Assembly (NCBI GenBank): GCA_964564255.1
Contig: CAZMAZ010000003.1
Span: 1 to 33,894 of the forward strand
Direction of reading: 5' to 3'
DNA: 33,894 nt
Source of the DNA: an uncultured Clostridium sp.
Lineage (GTDB): Bacteria > Bacillota > Clostridia > Oscillospirales > CAG-272
In this document: positions 1 through 7,746 of the stretch, piece after piece
How the letters are laid out: each line of letters opens with the position of its first letter
How positions within the stretch are numbered: the first letter of the stretch is position 1
Program-made: the position numbers and the translations under genes
The notes under the pieces: model-generated
Databases searched by the model: none
Seen by the model: only the letters and a program-made list of their open reading frames with translations
What the model was told of the DNA's origin: nothing

Positions 1-70
1 GTTTTAAAACGCCGAGAATTCGATCGGATGAGATTTTGAAACAAGGGGTGTATTTGATGTTTTAAGATGA

Positions 71-2005
71 TTATTTTGCTTTTGTTGCGATTTCGGTCAA
101 TGCATCTTGCATAAATGCATCCACCGTAACGCCGTTGGTAACTTCGCCCTTACGGGAACGCACCGAAACCGTGCCGCTCTCGACCTCTTTGCCGCCAACT
201 ACCAACATATACGGAATTTTTTCTTGCTGTGCCGCGCGGATCTTGTATCCAATGGTGTTATTACTCTTGTCAACCTCAACTCGCATTCCTGCCGCAGAAT
301 AGCGATCGGCAATCTGCATGCAATATTCCATCTCATTTTCGCCCATGGGCAAAATACGCACCTGAACAGGCGACATCCACATTGGCAGTGCTCCCGCATA
401 TTTCTCAATCAAATATGCCAAGGTACGCTCATAGCAACCAAGAGAGGTGCGATGAATGATATACGGGCGCTTGAGTTGTCCGTCCGAATCTACATAAGAC
501 ATATCGAACTGTTCTGCCAACAGCTGGTCAACCTGAATGGTTACGATGGTATCTTCTTTGCCGAAAACGTTTTTGTACTGAATATCCAACTTAGGACCGT
601 AGAACGCCGCCTCGTCAATACCAATCGTATAGTCCACATGCAAATCGTCCAAAATTTTGCCCATGATAGATTGTGCCTCATCCCATTGTTCGGGAGTACC
701 GATATATTTGGTTCCCGCCTTTGCAGGATCCCACTGTGAAAAGCGGAATGTGCAGTTTTCAAGCATTCCCACCGTATCCAAAACATATTTGGCAAGTTCC
801 AAACATCCGCGGAATTCGTCTTCCAACTGTTCGGGGCGCAAAATATAATGCCCCTCTGAAATTGTAAACTGCCGCACACGAATCAGTCCGTGCATTTCAC
901 CGGAATCCTCATTGCGGAACAATGTCGAAGTTTCGGTTAAACGCATGGGCAAATCTCGATAAGAGCGCTTTTTGTTAAGAAATACTTGATATTGGAACGG
1001 GCAGGTCATGGGACGCAAAGCAAAGCATTCTTTTGTTTCGTCGTCCGGATCTCCCAAAACAAACATGCCGTCAAGATAATGATCCCAGTGTCCGGAAATT
1101 TTATACAGTTCCCTTTTTGCCATATACGGTGTTTTTGTTAACTGACATCCGCGCTTTTGTTCTTCGTCCTCTATCCAACGTTGCAAAATCTGAATAACTC
1201 TTGCGCCCTTGGGAAGTAAGATAGGAAGACCTTGTCCGATCACATCAACCGTTGTAAAATATTCCAATTCCCGTCCCAATTTATTGTGGTCGCGCTTTCT
1301 CGCTTCTTCCTGCTGCGTCAAAAATGCATTCATTTCCTCTTTGTTCGGATATGCAATTCCATAGATGCGTTGCAGCTGTTTGTTCTTCTGATCGCCCTTC
1401 CAATATGCGCCGGTGCACTGTGTCAGCTTTAAAGCCTTGACGGCACCTGTAGAAAAGAGATGAGGACCCGCACAAAGATCTGTAAATTCTCCCTGCTTAT
1501 AGAAACTGATCACGGCATCATCGGGAAGCTCTTCAATCAACTGCACCTTATACGGCTCGTCCTTTTCGCGCATCAAAGCAATTGCTTCCTCACGAGGCAA
1601 TTCAAAACGCTCTATGCGTATATTTTCCTTTACTATCCGCTTCATTTCGTCTTCCAGCTTTTTCAGTACTTCCGGCGTAAAAGGAAGGTCGCTGTCAATG
1701 TCATAGTAAAAACCGTTTTCAATAGCGGGACCTATGGTCAACTTCGCCTGCGGGAACAAACGCTTGACTGCCTGCGCCAAGATATGAGACGCGGTATGCC
1801 GGAACACATGTTTTCCTTCTTCGTCCGCAAAGGTCAGAAGATTGACATCTGCATCTGCCGTCAAAAGAGCGGTCAGCTCACAGACTTTTCCGTCGACCGA
1901 AGCGGCAATTACGGAACGATCAATCAGTTCCGCCTCCTTCGCCGCATCGTAAACTGTCACGGGATTTTCAAAAGTTACCTGTTTTTCTCCGAATTTGATT
2001 ATCAT
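71..2005 (-). CDS. thrS: Threonine--tRNA ligase
   Basis: 644-aa ORF. The N-terminus (MIIKFGEKQVTFENPVTVYDAAKE...) is TGS-like. An editing domain and a class II aaRS core are recognisable (FRNEDSGEMHGLIRVRQF, HRTSLGCYERTLAYLIE), followed by an anticodon-binding tail. A GAGGAGG ribosome-binding site lies 8 nt upstream of the ATG at 2003-2005. A Thr-compatible T-box leader sits directly upstream. Confidence 0.95.
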   Translation of the reverse strand: MIIKFGEKQVTFENPVTVYDAAKEAELIDRSVIAASVDGKVCELTALLTADADVNLLTFADEEGKHVFRHTASHILAQAVKRLFPQAKLTIGPAIENGFYYDIDSDLPFTPEVLKKLEDEMKRIVKENIRIERFELPREEAIALMREKDEPYKVQLIEELPDDAVISFYKQGEFTDLCAGPHLFSTGAVKALKLTQCTGAYWKGDQKNKQLQRIYGIAYPNKEEMNAFLTQQEEARKRDHNKLGRELEYFTTVDVIGQGLPILLPKGARVIQILQRWIEDEEQKRGCQLTKTPYMAKRELYKISGHWDHYLDGMFVLGDPDDETKECFALRPMTCPFQYQVFLNKKRSYRDLPMRLTETSTLFRNEDSGEMHGLIRVRQFTISEGHYILRPEQLEDEFRGCLELAKYVLDTVGMLENCTFRFSQWDPAKAGTKYIGTPEQWDEAQSIMGKILDDLHVDYTIGIDEAAFYGPKLDIQYKNVFGKEDTIVTIQVDQLLAEQFDMSYVDSDGQLKRPYIIHRTSLGCYERTLAYLIEKYAGALPMWMSPVQVRILPMGENEMEYCMQIADRYSAAGMRVEVDKSNNTIGYKIRAAQQEKIPYMLVVGGKEVESGTVSVRSRKGEVTNGVTVDAFMQDALTEIATKAK

Positions 2006-2087
2006 AATTTGATCCTCCTCAAATAATCTTATACCATAATTTTATATCATTAAAATGATTGTCAAAACGATTCTTAAAACAATGAGA

Positions 2088-2350
2088 AAAGCAACAAAAG
2101 AGCACCCCGACACGAAACACGATTTTGCCTGATTAAATCAGTACAAGTCAAATCGTTTATCCATGCCGGGGTGCGCCGCTCTAACGGCACACGGTTCCAC
2201 CCGTGCTTTCACTCATTTATGGGCACCGATAATCGGAGGTGCCTTTATTCGATTTTATAAAATTAATTTTCGAAAGGCGGTACCGTTTTGCCGTCCCCGA
2301 GAACTTCCACCAACCGTTCCCTCTCTGTGCGATTCGATACAAAACGACAT
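2088..2350 (-). promoter_or_regulatory. T-box riboswitch leader of thrS (stem I, T-box core, long terminator)
   Basis: Read on the minus strand. Stem I carries an AGAGAG motif (plus-strand ctctct at 2321-2326). A GGCAAAACGGTACCGCC segment offers Thr codons ACG or ACC as the specifier. The T-box core is GCACGGGTGGAACCGTGTGCC (about 2188-2207), close to the consensus GGGTGGTACCGCG. The terminator pairs GCACCCCG (2167-2174) with CGGGGTGC (2102-2109) and is followed by TCTTTTGTTGCTTTT. Confidence 0.7.
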
Positions 2351-2394
2351 ATTCTTTCGATTTCTTTCGATTTTCAGACTTGATTCTCCGAATC

Positions 2395-2826
2395 TTACCG
2401 CGATTCCTTTCTTCGATTGTACTCCGAACGCGGATTGACAATTTCACGCCAATCCAAGTCACCACGCTCCAGCGCCATAATCAGCACTTCGGCTGTCGCA
2501 ATATTCGTAGCAACGGGGACGTTGTAAAGATCACACATCCGAAGCAATTCATGCTCTTCTCTGCTAATCACATCCGACGGTCTGGTATCACGAAAATCAA
2601 TTAAAATATCAATCTCGTTATAAGCAATGCGCGAAGCGATTTGCTGTTCTCCACCCTGCTCTCCGGTCAGAAGTCGTTCGATTTTCAAGCCGGTCGCATC
2701 CGAAATATATTTCGCAGTAATGCTGGTTGCGAAAAGATTATGCTTGCTGAGTATTCCGCAATACGCGGTACAAAACTGCGTCATCAATTCCTTTTTCATG
2801 TCATGCGCGATGATAGCTATTTCCAT
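2395..2826 (-). CDS. mgsA: Methylglyoxal synthase-like (MGS-like) protein
   Basis: The sequence MEIAIIAHDMKKELM...GGEQQIASRI...YNVPVATNIATAEVL aligns by eye with MgsA (IALIAHDxKK, GGDQQ, IPxATNxxTA). I moved the start to the ATG at 2824-2826, which is preceded by AGGAGAG. The 38-codon upstream extension in the ORF track has no ribosome-binding site. Confidence 0.7.
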   Translation of the reverse strand: MEIAIIAHDMKKELMTQFCTAYCGILSKHNLFATSITAKYISDATGLKIERLLTGEQGGEQQIASRIAYNEIDILIDFRDTRPSDVISREEHELLRMCDLYNVPVATNIATAEVLIMALERGDLDWREIVNPRSEYNRRKESR

Positions 2827-2979
2827 ATTACACTCTCCTGTCCGTATTTTTACGATTTCGGTCTTCAAGCTCATAGGTAATAAAACCCGAGAAAACTCTG
2901 AAACCAGAACCATTATAACACAATCCGAGCAGTCTGTCAAGATGGCGGAAGAACATTTTCACTAAAAAATTATATAAAA

Positions 2980-3573
2980 TTATATTTTTCGCACTTCGGG
3001 ACACGCCGGATAAACAGCACGCTCCCCGCCAATCAGTTTCGGACGGGTTCTTGCAGCCAGCAGTTGCGCTTCTCCTATGCGAGTCACGCTCAAACGGACA
3101 GGTACCGCTACCTCTTTCAAATGCATACCGATAAGGGTCCCGCCAATGTCCATTCCCGCATGGGCTCGAATATGTTCAACCGCAACAGGATCCTGCATGT
3201 GCTTCCAAACAGCAGTAGCAAACGATCCGCCCGCATGCGGTTGTGGCAACACACATACAGGATCATATCCGTATGCTTCCGCCGCCAATCGTTCTATTAT
3301 AATGGCACGATTCAAATGTTCGCAGCACTGTGCGCACAAATAAATCCCGTGTGCACTTAAAGCTTCTTCAATTCCCATACAAACCGCTTCCGCCGCCTCC
3401 GGGCTGGATGATTTCCCTATGCTTTCCCCGATAATTTCCGAAGAAGAGCAACCGACAACAAGCAGCTGCCCTTTACGAATACCGGAAATCTTGATTAGTT
3501 CTTCGGTTGCTTGCTTTGCGGCATAGCGCAATTGCTCCTCAAATGCAAAGAAAATCTGACCTTGATCTGTCAT
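2980..3573 (-). CDS. TIGR01440/UPF0340 (YwlG-like) family protein
   Basis: The sequence ...GQLLVVGCSSSEIIGESIGKSSS...HLNRAIIIER...PHAGGSFATA...AGMDIGGTLIGMH is typical of the UPF0340 family. I set the start at the ATG at 3571-3573 (MTDQGQIFF), which has a GAAAGGA ribosome-binding site and avoids overlap with nagB. Confidence 0.6.
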   Translation of the reverse strand: MTDQGQIFFAFEEQLRYAAKQATEELIKISGIRKGQLLVVGCSSSEIIGESIGKSSSPEAAEAVCMGIEEALSAHGIYLCAQCCEHLNRAIIIERLAAEAYGYDPVCVLPQPHAGGSFATAVWKHMQDPVAVEHIRAHAGMDIGGTLIGMHLKEVAVPVRLSVTRIGEAQLLAARTRPKLIGGERAVYPACPEVRKI

Positions 3574-3628
3574 TTTCTGTCTTGTCCTTTCTTTGTTTCC
3601 TTTTTCGTTTTTTATCCCAAAGAAACAA

Positions 3629-4360
3629 TTATGACTTTGCTTCTCCGACAGCGTCTTTGTCACAAATAAGTGTCACATCGCCATGCAATCGAAGGAAGGT
3701 AGCGGGACAGTCACAACAAACACTGCCCTCAAGCAAACGGCTCACGGCTTGCTGCTTCTCTTTTCCGCTTGCAAGCAAAACAATCTTGCGCGCGGACAAA
3801 ATGGTCCCCATCCCCATGGTCAGTGCAAATCGCGGAACTTCTTCTTCATTCTTGAAAAAACGTGCGTTTGCGTGAATCGTATCGGCTGTCAGGGGCGTAA
3901 TATGTGTTGCCGGGTAAAGCACCTCTCCCGGTTCGTTAAAAGCAATATGTCCGTTCCTGCCAATGCCGAGTAATTGAATATCCACGCCGCCAAGTGATCT
4001 TACAAAGGTTTCATATCGCGCCGCTTCCGCGTCTGCATCGGATGCAGAACCGCTCGGCAAATGCGTGTTTTCCTTTTTGATATTGACACGGTCAAACAAG
4101 TGCTTATTCATAAAATAGCGGTAACTTTGCTCATTTTCGGGTGAAATCGGATAATATTCATCCAAATTAACTGTCGTGATTCTCGAAAAATCAATCTCCC
4201 CGTTTTGATTCATAGCAACCAAACGGTCATAAGTCCCTTCCGGTGTTGATCCTGTCGCCAAGCCCAAAACTGCATGCGGATTGTGATTGATTACCTTTGC
4301 AATCGTTGCGGCGGCAATGGCGGACATTTCGTCGTAATTCTTACATACGATTACCTGCAT
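3629..4360 (-). CDS. nagB: Glucosamine-6-phosphate deaminase
   Basis: Motifs MQVIVCKNYDEMS...LGLATGSTPEGTY...TVNLDEY...LLGIGRNGHIAFNEPG are present. The start is the ATG at 4358-4360, preceded by AGGGAGAAAG. Confidence 0.9.
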   Translation of the reverse strand: MQVIVCKNYDEMSAIAAATIAKVINHNPHAVLGLATGSTPEGTYDRLVAMNQNGEIDFSRITTVNLDEYYPISPENEQSYRYFMNKHLFDRVNIKKENTHLPSGSASDADAEAARYETFVRSLGGVDIQLLGIGRNGHIAFNEPGEVLYPATHITPLTADTIHANARFFKNEEEVPRFALTMGMGTILSARKIVLLASGKEKQQAVSRLLEGSVCCDCPATFLRLHGDVTLICDKDAVGEAKS

Positions 4361-4423
4361 GGTACTTTCTCCCTTCACTATTGCGATTTAGCCGATTATA
4401 TTTTAGAGGTGCCCTTAAAAAAA

Positions 4424-5599
4424 CTATCCGATACGGTCACTGCCGTCATCGGGAATCACTTCCTTAACCGCGGCGATTGCACATTCAATCATGGAATCGT
4501 CCGGTTCATAGACAGTCAGACGTTGCAACCACAGTCCGGGCGTTGAGATAATACGCGTCAACAAATTGTCATGCCGACCCGCAAACTTAATCAATTCATA
4601 GCCGATACCGACTGTAAGCGGAATCAACAGAAGTTTAATGCACCAACGCAACGCCAGCGGCATAGCAACATCAGAGCCACTGATCAAATAATAAAGCGGG
4701 TCTATCAAAAACGAAATAAAAATACCGACAAGCGCCATCAGAACAAGAAAAGATGTGCCGCAACGTGGGTGAAACCGTCTTTGCAGTCGCACATTTTCAA
4801 CCGTAAGCGGAAGACCGTGTTCATAGCAAAAAATGGTTTTATGCTCTGCACCATGATACTGAAAAGTGCGGCGAATGTCTTTCATCAGCGAAACCGCAGC
4901 CATATATCCGACGAGAAGCAAAATTCTTGCCACGCCTTCGATCAGGGATTTATAAAGTGAAGTCAGTGCCACATGTCCTTCCGGTTGCAATGCGGGAATA
5001 AGATGCGCAAGTCCGCTGTAAATCAATGTGGGAACAATGATGAACAAACCGACCGCAAGTCCTACACCGAGAATCACACCGAGCGCCATGACAAGAAAAG
5101 AAAGGAAAGAATCCCCGCTTTTTTGTTCTGCAGAAGCCTGTTTGCAAGGTTCTTCCGACTGTGCCTGTGTTTCCGAGTGCTCCGGCTGTTCACTTGCTTC
5201 GGGCGCTTCTTGAATTTCCGTTTCGGTGATTTCGACGGAAGCATTCTTTCCGGCAGCTTTTTTTGCTTCCTTTTGACGTTTTTTCTCTTCCTTTTCGCGT
5301 GCCAATTCGGCTTCTGCCTCATCCAAGCCCGACAACTGGGCAGAGCGCATTAAATACTTGTATCCGCTCTTCATGGAATCCGCAAAATTAAATATCCCCC
5401 GAACAAACGGAATCCTTGCGACTTTTTTGTGCTTGGAAAATGTGGTTGGTTCTTTCTCAATCACAATTTCTCCGTCCGGATTGCGTACTGCCATCGCGGT
5501 CATTTGCGGACCGCGCATCATAATACCTTCGATCAACGCCTGACCCCCTATGGAAGTCTTGATTGCAGTTTGATTATATGTCTCTTTTCGTCTGCTCAT
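4424..5599 (-). CDS. DUF1385 (YqhQ-like) membrane protein
   Basis: The N-terminus IGGQALIEGIMMRGP...MAVRNPDGEI and the motifs YHGAEHKTI...RFHPRCGTSF are DUF1385 hallmarks. The ribosome-binding site is GAAGGAG. The protein contains an extra block of about 75 aa rich in E, K and A. Confidence 0.8.
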   Translation of the reverse strand: MSRRKETYNQTAIKTSIGGQALIEGIMMRGPQMTAMAVRNPDGEIVIEKEPTTFSKHKKVARIPFVRGIFNFADSMKSGYKYLMRSAQLSGLDEAEAELAREKEEKKRQKEAKKAAGKNASVEITETEIQEAPEASEQPEHSETQAQSEEPCKQASAEQKSGDSFLSFLVMALGVILGVGLAVGLFIIVPTLIYSGLAHLIPALQPEGHVALTSLYKSLIEGVARILLLVGYMAAVSLMKDIRRTFQYHGAEHKTIFCYEHGLPLTVENVRLQRRFHPRCGTSFLVLMALVGIFISFLIDPLYYLISGSDVAMPLALRWCIKLLLIPLTVGIGYELIKFAGRHDNLLTRIISTPGLWLQRLTVYEPDDSMIECAIAAVKEVIPDDGSDRIG

Positions 5600-5755
5600 G
5601 CTCGCTCCTTCTTCTTTGTTTTTTTGCTTTGCGTATTTTTTATTCCTCGCTCAATAGCCTATCACATATGTATGAACACAGTGTGAATGCCGCATGACAG
5701 GCAATTGACAATTGCCACCATTGCCTTTTTTGCCTTACATTTATCGACTCTTTGG

Positions 5756-6466
5756 TCAGTTATCGTCCTCGCGATCATACGGTGTTTTGCGATCTACGGT
5801 TCCGTCGCGGTCGTCATCATAGTACACTGTATCAATTTTACCGTCTCCCGTCGTATCGGCAAAAATAACATCGGGGTGCTGTTTTGCCGACATACGTGCC
5901 GCTTTGGAAAGCGTAACACAGCCGACAATCGCATAAACAACAGAAGCGGCACAACAAACAATACCTGCGATTCGGATAATCCAACACAACGCACCGATTG
6001 CACCGTCCGCCAAGGTTCCCGGAAACAAAACAGCAATAACAATGCCAAGAATCAGGCGAGGCAGTTCGGCACGCAGTTGTGCCTTTCTATCACAGGCTGT
6101 GATCAGCCGTACTATCGGCATAATCAAAAGATAAAGCGCCACAAGCGCAGAAATAATCGGTCCTTGATTGATTAAAAGCAGAATACCGAATACAACACCG
6201 ATTGCCGACAAAATTAAGGTAGGCAGTGCATTATTTTCTCCAATGTGCAAAGCGGAAGTAATCAATCCCGGCAAATGCACCAAAATAATAACGACGCCGA
6301 TAACCAGCATAGTGATATGCAAAACCATAGAAACCACTTCGGGACGAGACAGTATTATCATCAATATTCCGATACAAGCACCGATTGCCGCACTAACCAA
6401 GACACCGGTCATAGCCCTTTTCAAATGAGCGGCATCCATTGATTCCTGATTTTTTTGCTTTTTCAT
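5756..6466 (-). CDS. Polytopic membrane protein (DUF308/HdeD-like) with an acidic C-terminal tail
   Basis: 236 aa with about 6 hydrophobic segments. A GGAGGAA ribosome-binding site precedes the ATG at 6464-6466. The C-terminus is DTTGDGKIDTVYYDDDRDGTVDRKTPYDREDDN. The family assignment is tentative. Confidence 0.55.
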   Translation of the reverse strand: MKKQKNQESMDAAHLKRAMTGVLVSAAIGACIGILMIILSRPEVVSMVLHITMLVIGVVIILVHLPGLITSALHIGENNALPTLILSAIGVVFGILLLINQGPIISALVALYLLIMPIVRLITACDRKAQLRAELPRLILGIVIAVLFPGTLADGAIGALCWIIRIAGIVCCAASVVYAIVGCVTLSKAARMSAKQHPDVIFADTTGDGKIDTVYYDDDRDGTVDRKTPYDREDDN

Positions 6467-6577
6467 AATTTCCTCCGTTCAGCCGCCTTACGGCGGCAAA
6501 ATTTACTATGGGTTCTCCATCTCACACCAAGGAAGCCGATTTTCCGAAGTATCGGCACTCCGAGGTATGCGAAATTT

Positions 6578-7117
6578 TCAAAGGTGCCCTTTATTATTTT
6601 GTGCACCGCCGTGTCGATATACATATTCGGAAAGCAGCGGAAGAATTGCGGATGGGACAAGCTCAGCAACAGAGTCGCCATTGTACAACCGGTTTCTTAC
6701 ACAAGTGGAGCTGAGTTCTGCCCATTTGGCATCTGACGGCATATACAAAGTCTCGGCACGCAGGTCGTGTTCACGATTCCAATACGCCTGCTTTTGTTCA
6801 AACAGAAAATCCGTTTGATTACGAACGCCTTTAACAATGCAATCCGCTCCCGTTTCTTCAAAAAGATGAATCAAAAGCCCGCTTCCCGACAAAACCTGTA
6901 CTCGCTCCAGTGATTGGCAAGCAACGCGCACCAAATCTACACGCTCCTGCCGTGTAAATAAATACTGCTTACATGTTTGTGCGGCTCCGTATTTCGCCGC
7001 ATCGTTATCCATAACCGCCACGATAACACGGTCGAAAATTTGCGCAGTTCTGCAAATCACATCAAGATGCCCAAGCGTAATCGGATCGTAACTGCCCGGA
7101 ATTAACGCAACCTTCAT
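6578..7117 (-). CDS. coaD: Phosphopantetheine adenylyltransferase
   Basis: The N-terminus MKVALIPGSYDPITLGHLDVI... carries the (T/H)xGH nucleotidyltransferase motif, and a SSTxVR-like motif (LSSTCVRNR) is present. The start overlaps the rsmD stop as ATGA. Confidence 0.9.
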   Translation of the reverse strand: MKVALIPGSYDPITLGHLDVICRTAQIFDRVIVAVMDNDAAKYGAAQTCKQYLFTRQERVDLVRVACQSLERVQVLSGSGLLIHLFEETGADCIVKGVRNQTDFLFEQKQAYWNREHDLRAETLYMPSDAKWAELSSTCVRNRLYNGDSVAELVPSAILPLLSEYVYRHGGAQNNKGHL

Positions 7118-7719
7118 AACACTGTCTCTCCCGTATACTCGGCGCCGGTTTCAATATCGGCGCACGGTTCCAAAAGTGTGATATACACCTGCCCATATCG
7201 ATTCTGACGCCGAACCGTATACTGCGCCGAAAGATTCGTATCTCCGCCCCAAATGTCTTCGGGAGCTGCACTTTCACAAATTATTAACGAAGTCGGACGT
7301 AAAACACTGTTTTTTTGCAATGCTCGCAGTACAGCCGGCAGACATTTGTCCGCATAAGGCGGATCAAGGAAAATAAAATCATACTTAACATGTCCTCCGC
7401 GCATGCGCAGAAAATCGCTCCACGACGCACGTACAATCGTGCAAGCATCTGCCAAGCGCGTTTTGGCGGCATTGGCTTCCACTGCACGAATTGCGGTTTT
7501 GGCAGAATCTACAAAGGTAGCATGCGCCGCGCCGCGTGAAAGCGCTTCCAATCCTAATTGCCCCGATCCCGCAAATAAATCCAACACTTCTTTTTCCGCA
7601 AGATCAAATTGAATCATGGAGAAAACCGCCTCTTTGACCTGTGCAAGTGTCGGTCTCGTATCCTCTCCCGCAGGCGCAACAAGCCCGCATCCTTTTGCTT
7701 TTCCCGTAATAATTCTCAT
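7114..7719 (-). CDS. rsmD: 16S rRNA (guanine966-N2)-methyltransferase
   Basis: Motifs MRIITGKAKG...RPTLAQVKEAVFSMI...VLDLFAGSGQLGLEALSRGA...IFLDPPY are present. I chose the start at the ATG at 7717-7719, preceded by GGAGAAACG. The conserved rsmD-coaD pairing supports the call. Confidence 0.85.
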   Translation of the reverse strand: MRIITGKAKGCGLVAPAGEDTRPTLAQVKEAVFSMIQFDLAEKEVLDLFAGSGQLGLEALSRGAAHATFVDSAKTAIRAVEANAAKTRLADACTIVRASWSDFLRMRGGHVKYDFIFLDPPYADKCLPAVLRALQKNSVLRPTSLIICESAAPEDIWGGDTNLSAQYTVRRQNRYGQVYITLLEPCADIETGAEYTGETVL

Positions 7720-7746
7720 TTTTCGTTTCTCCGTTTTCACTTGTTC

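Noticed and set aside
2163-2604. Small ORFs of 82-121 aa overlapping the thrS leader and the 3' end of the MGS-like gene.
   Set aside because: The region is explained by the T-box RNA structure. The ORFs have no ribosome-binding sites and run across the riboswitch helices.
4394-4423. GGGCACCTCT read as a sigma-54 -24 element (TGGCAC), or a promoter for nagB using the TATAAT at 4395-4400.
   Set aside because: There is no TTGC -12 element at the right spacing for sigma-54. The TATAAT box has only a T-run as its -35 element, so the support is too weak to annotate.
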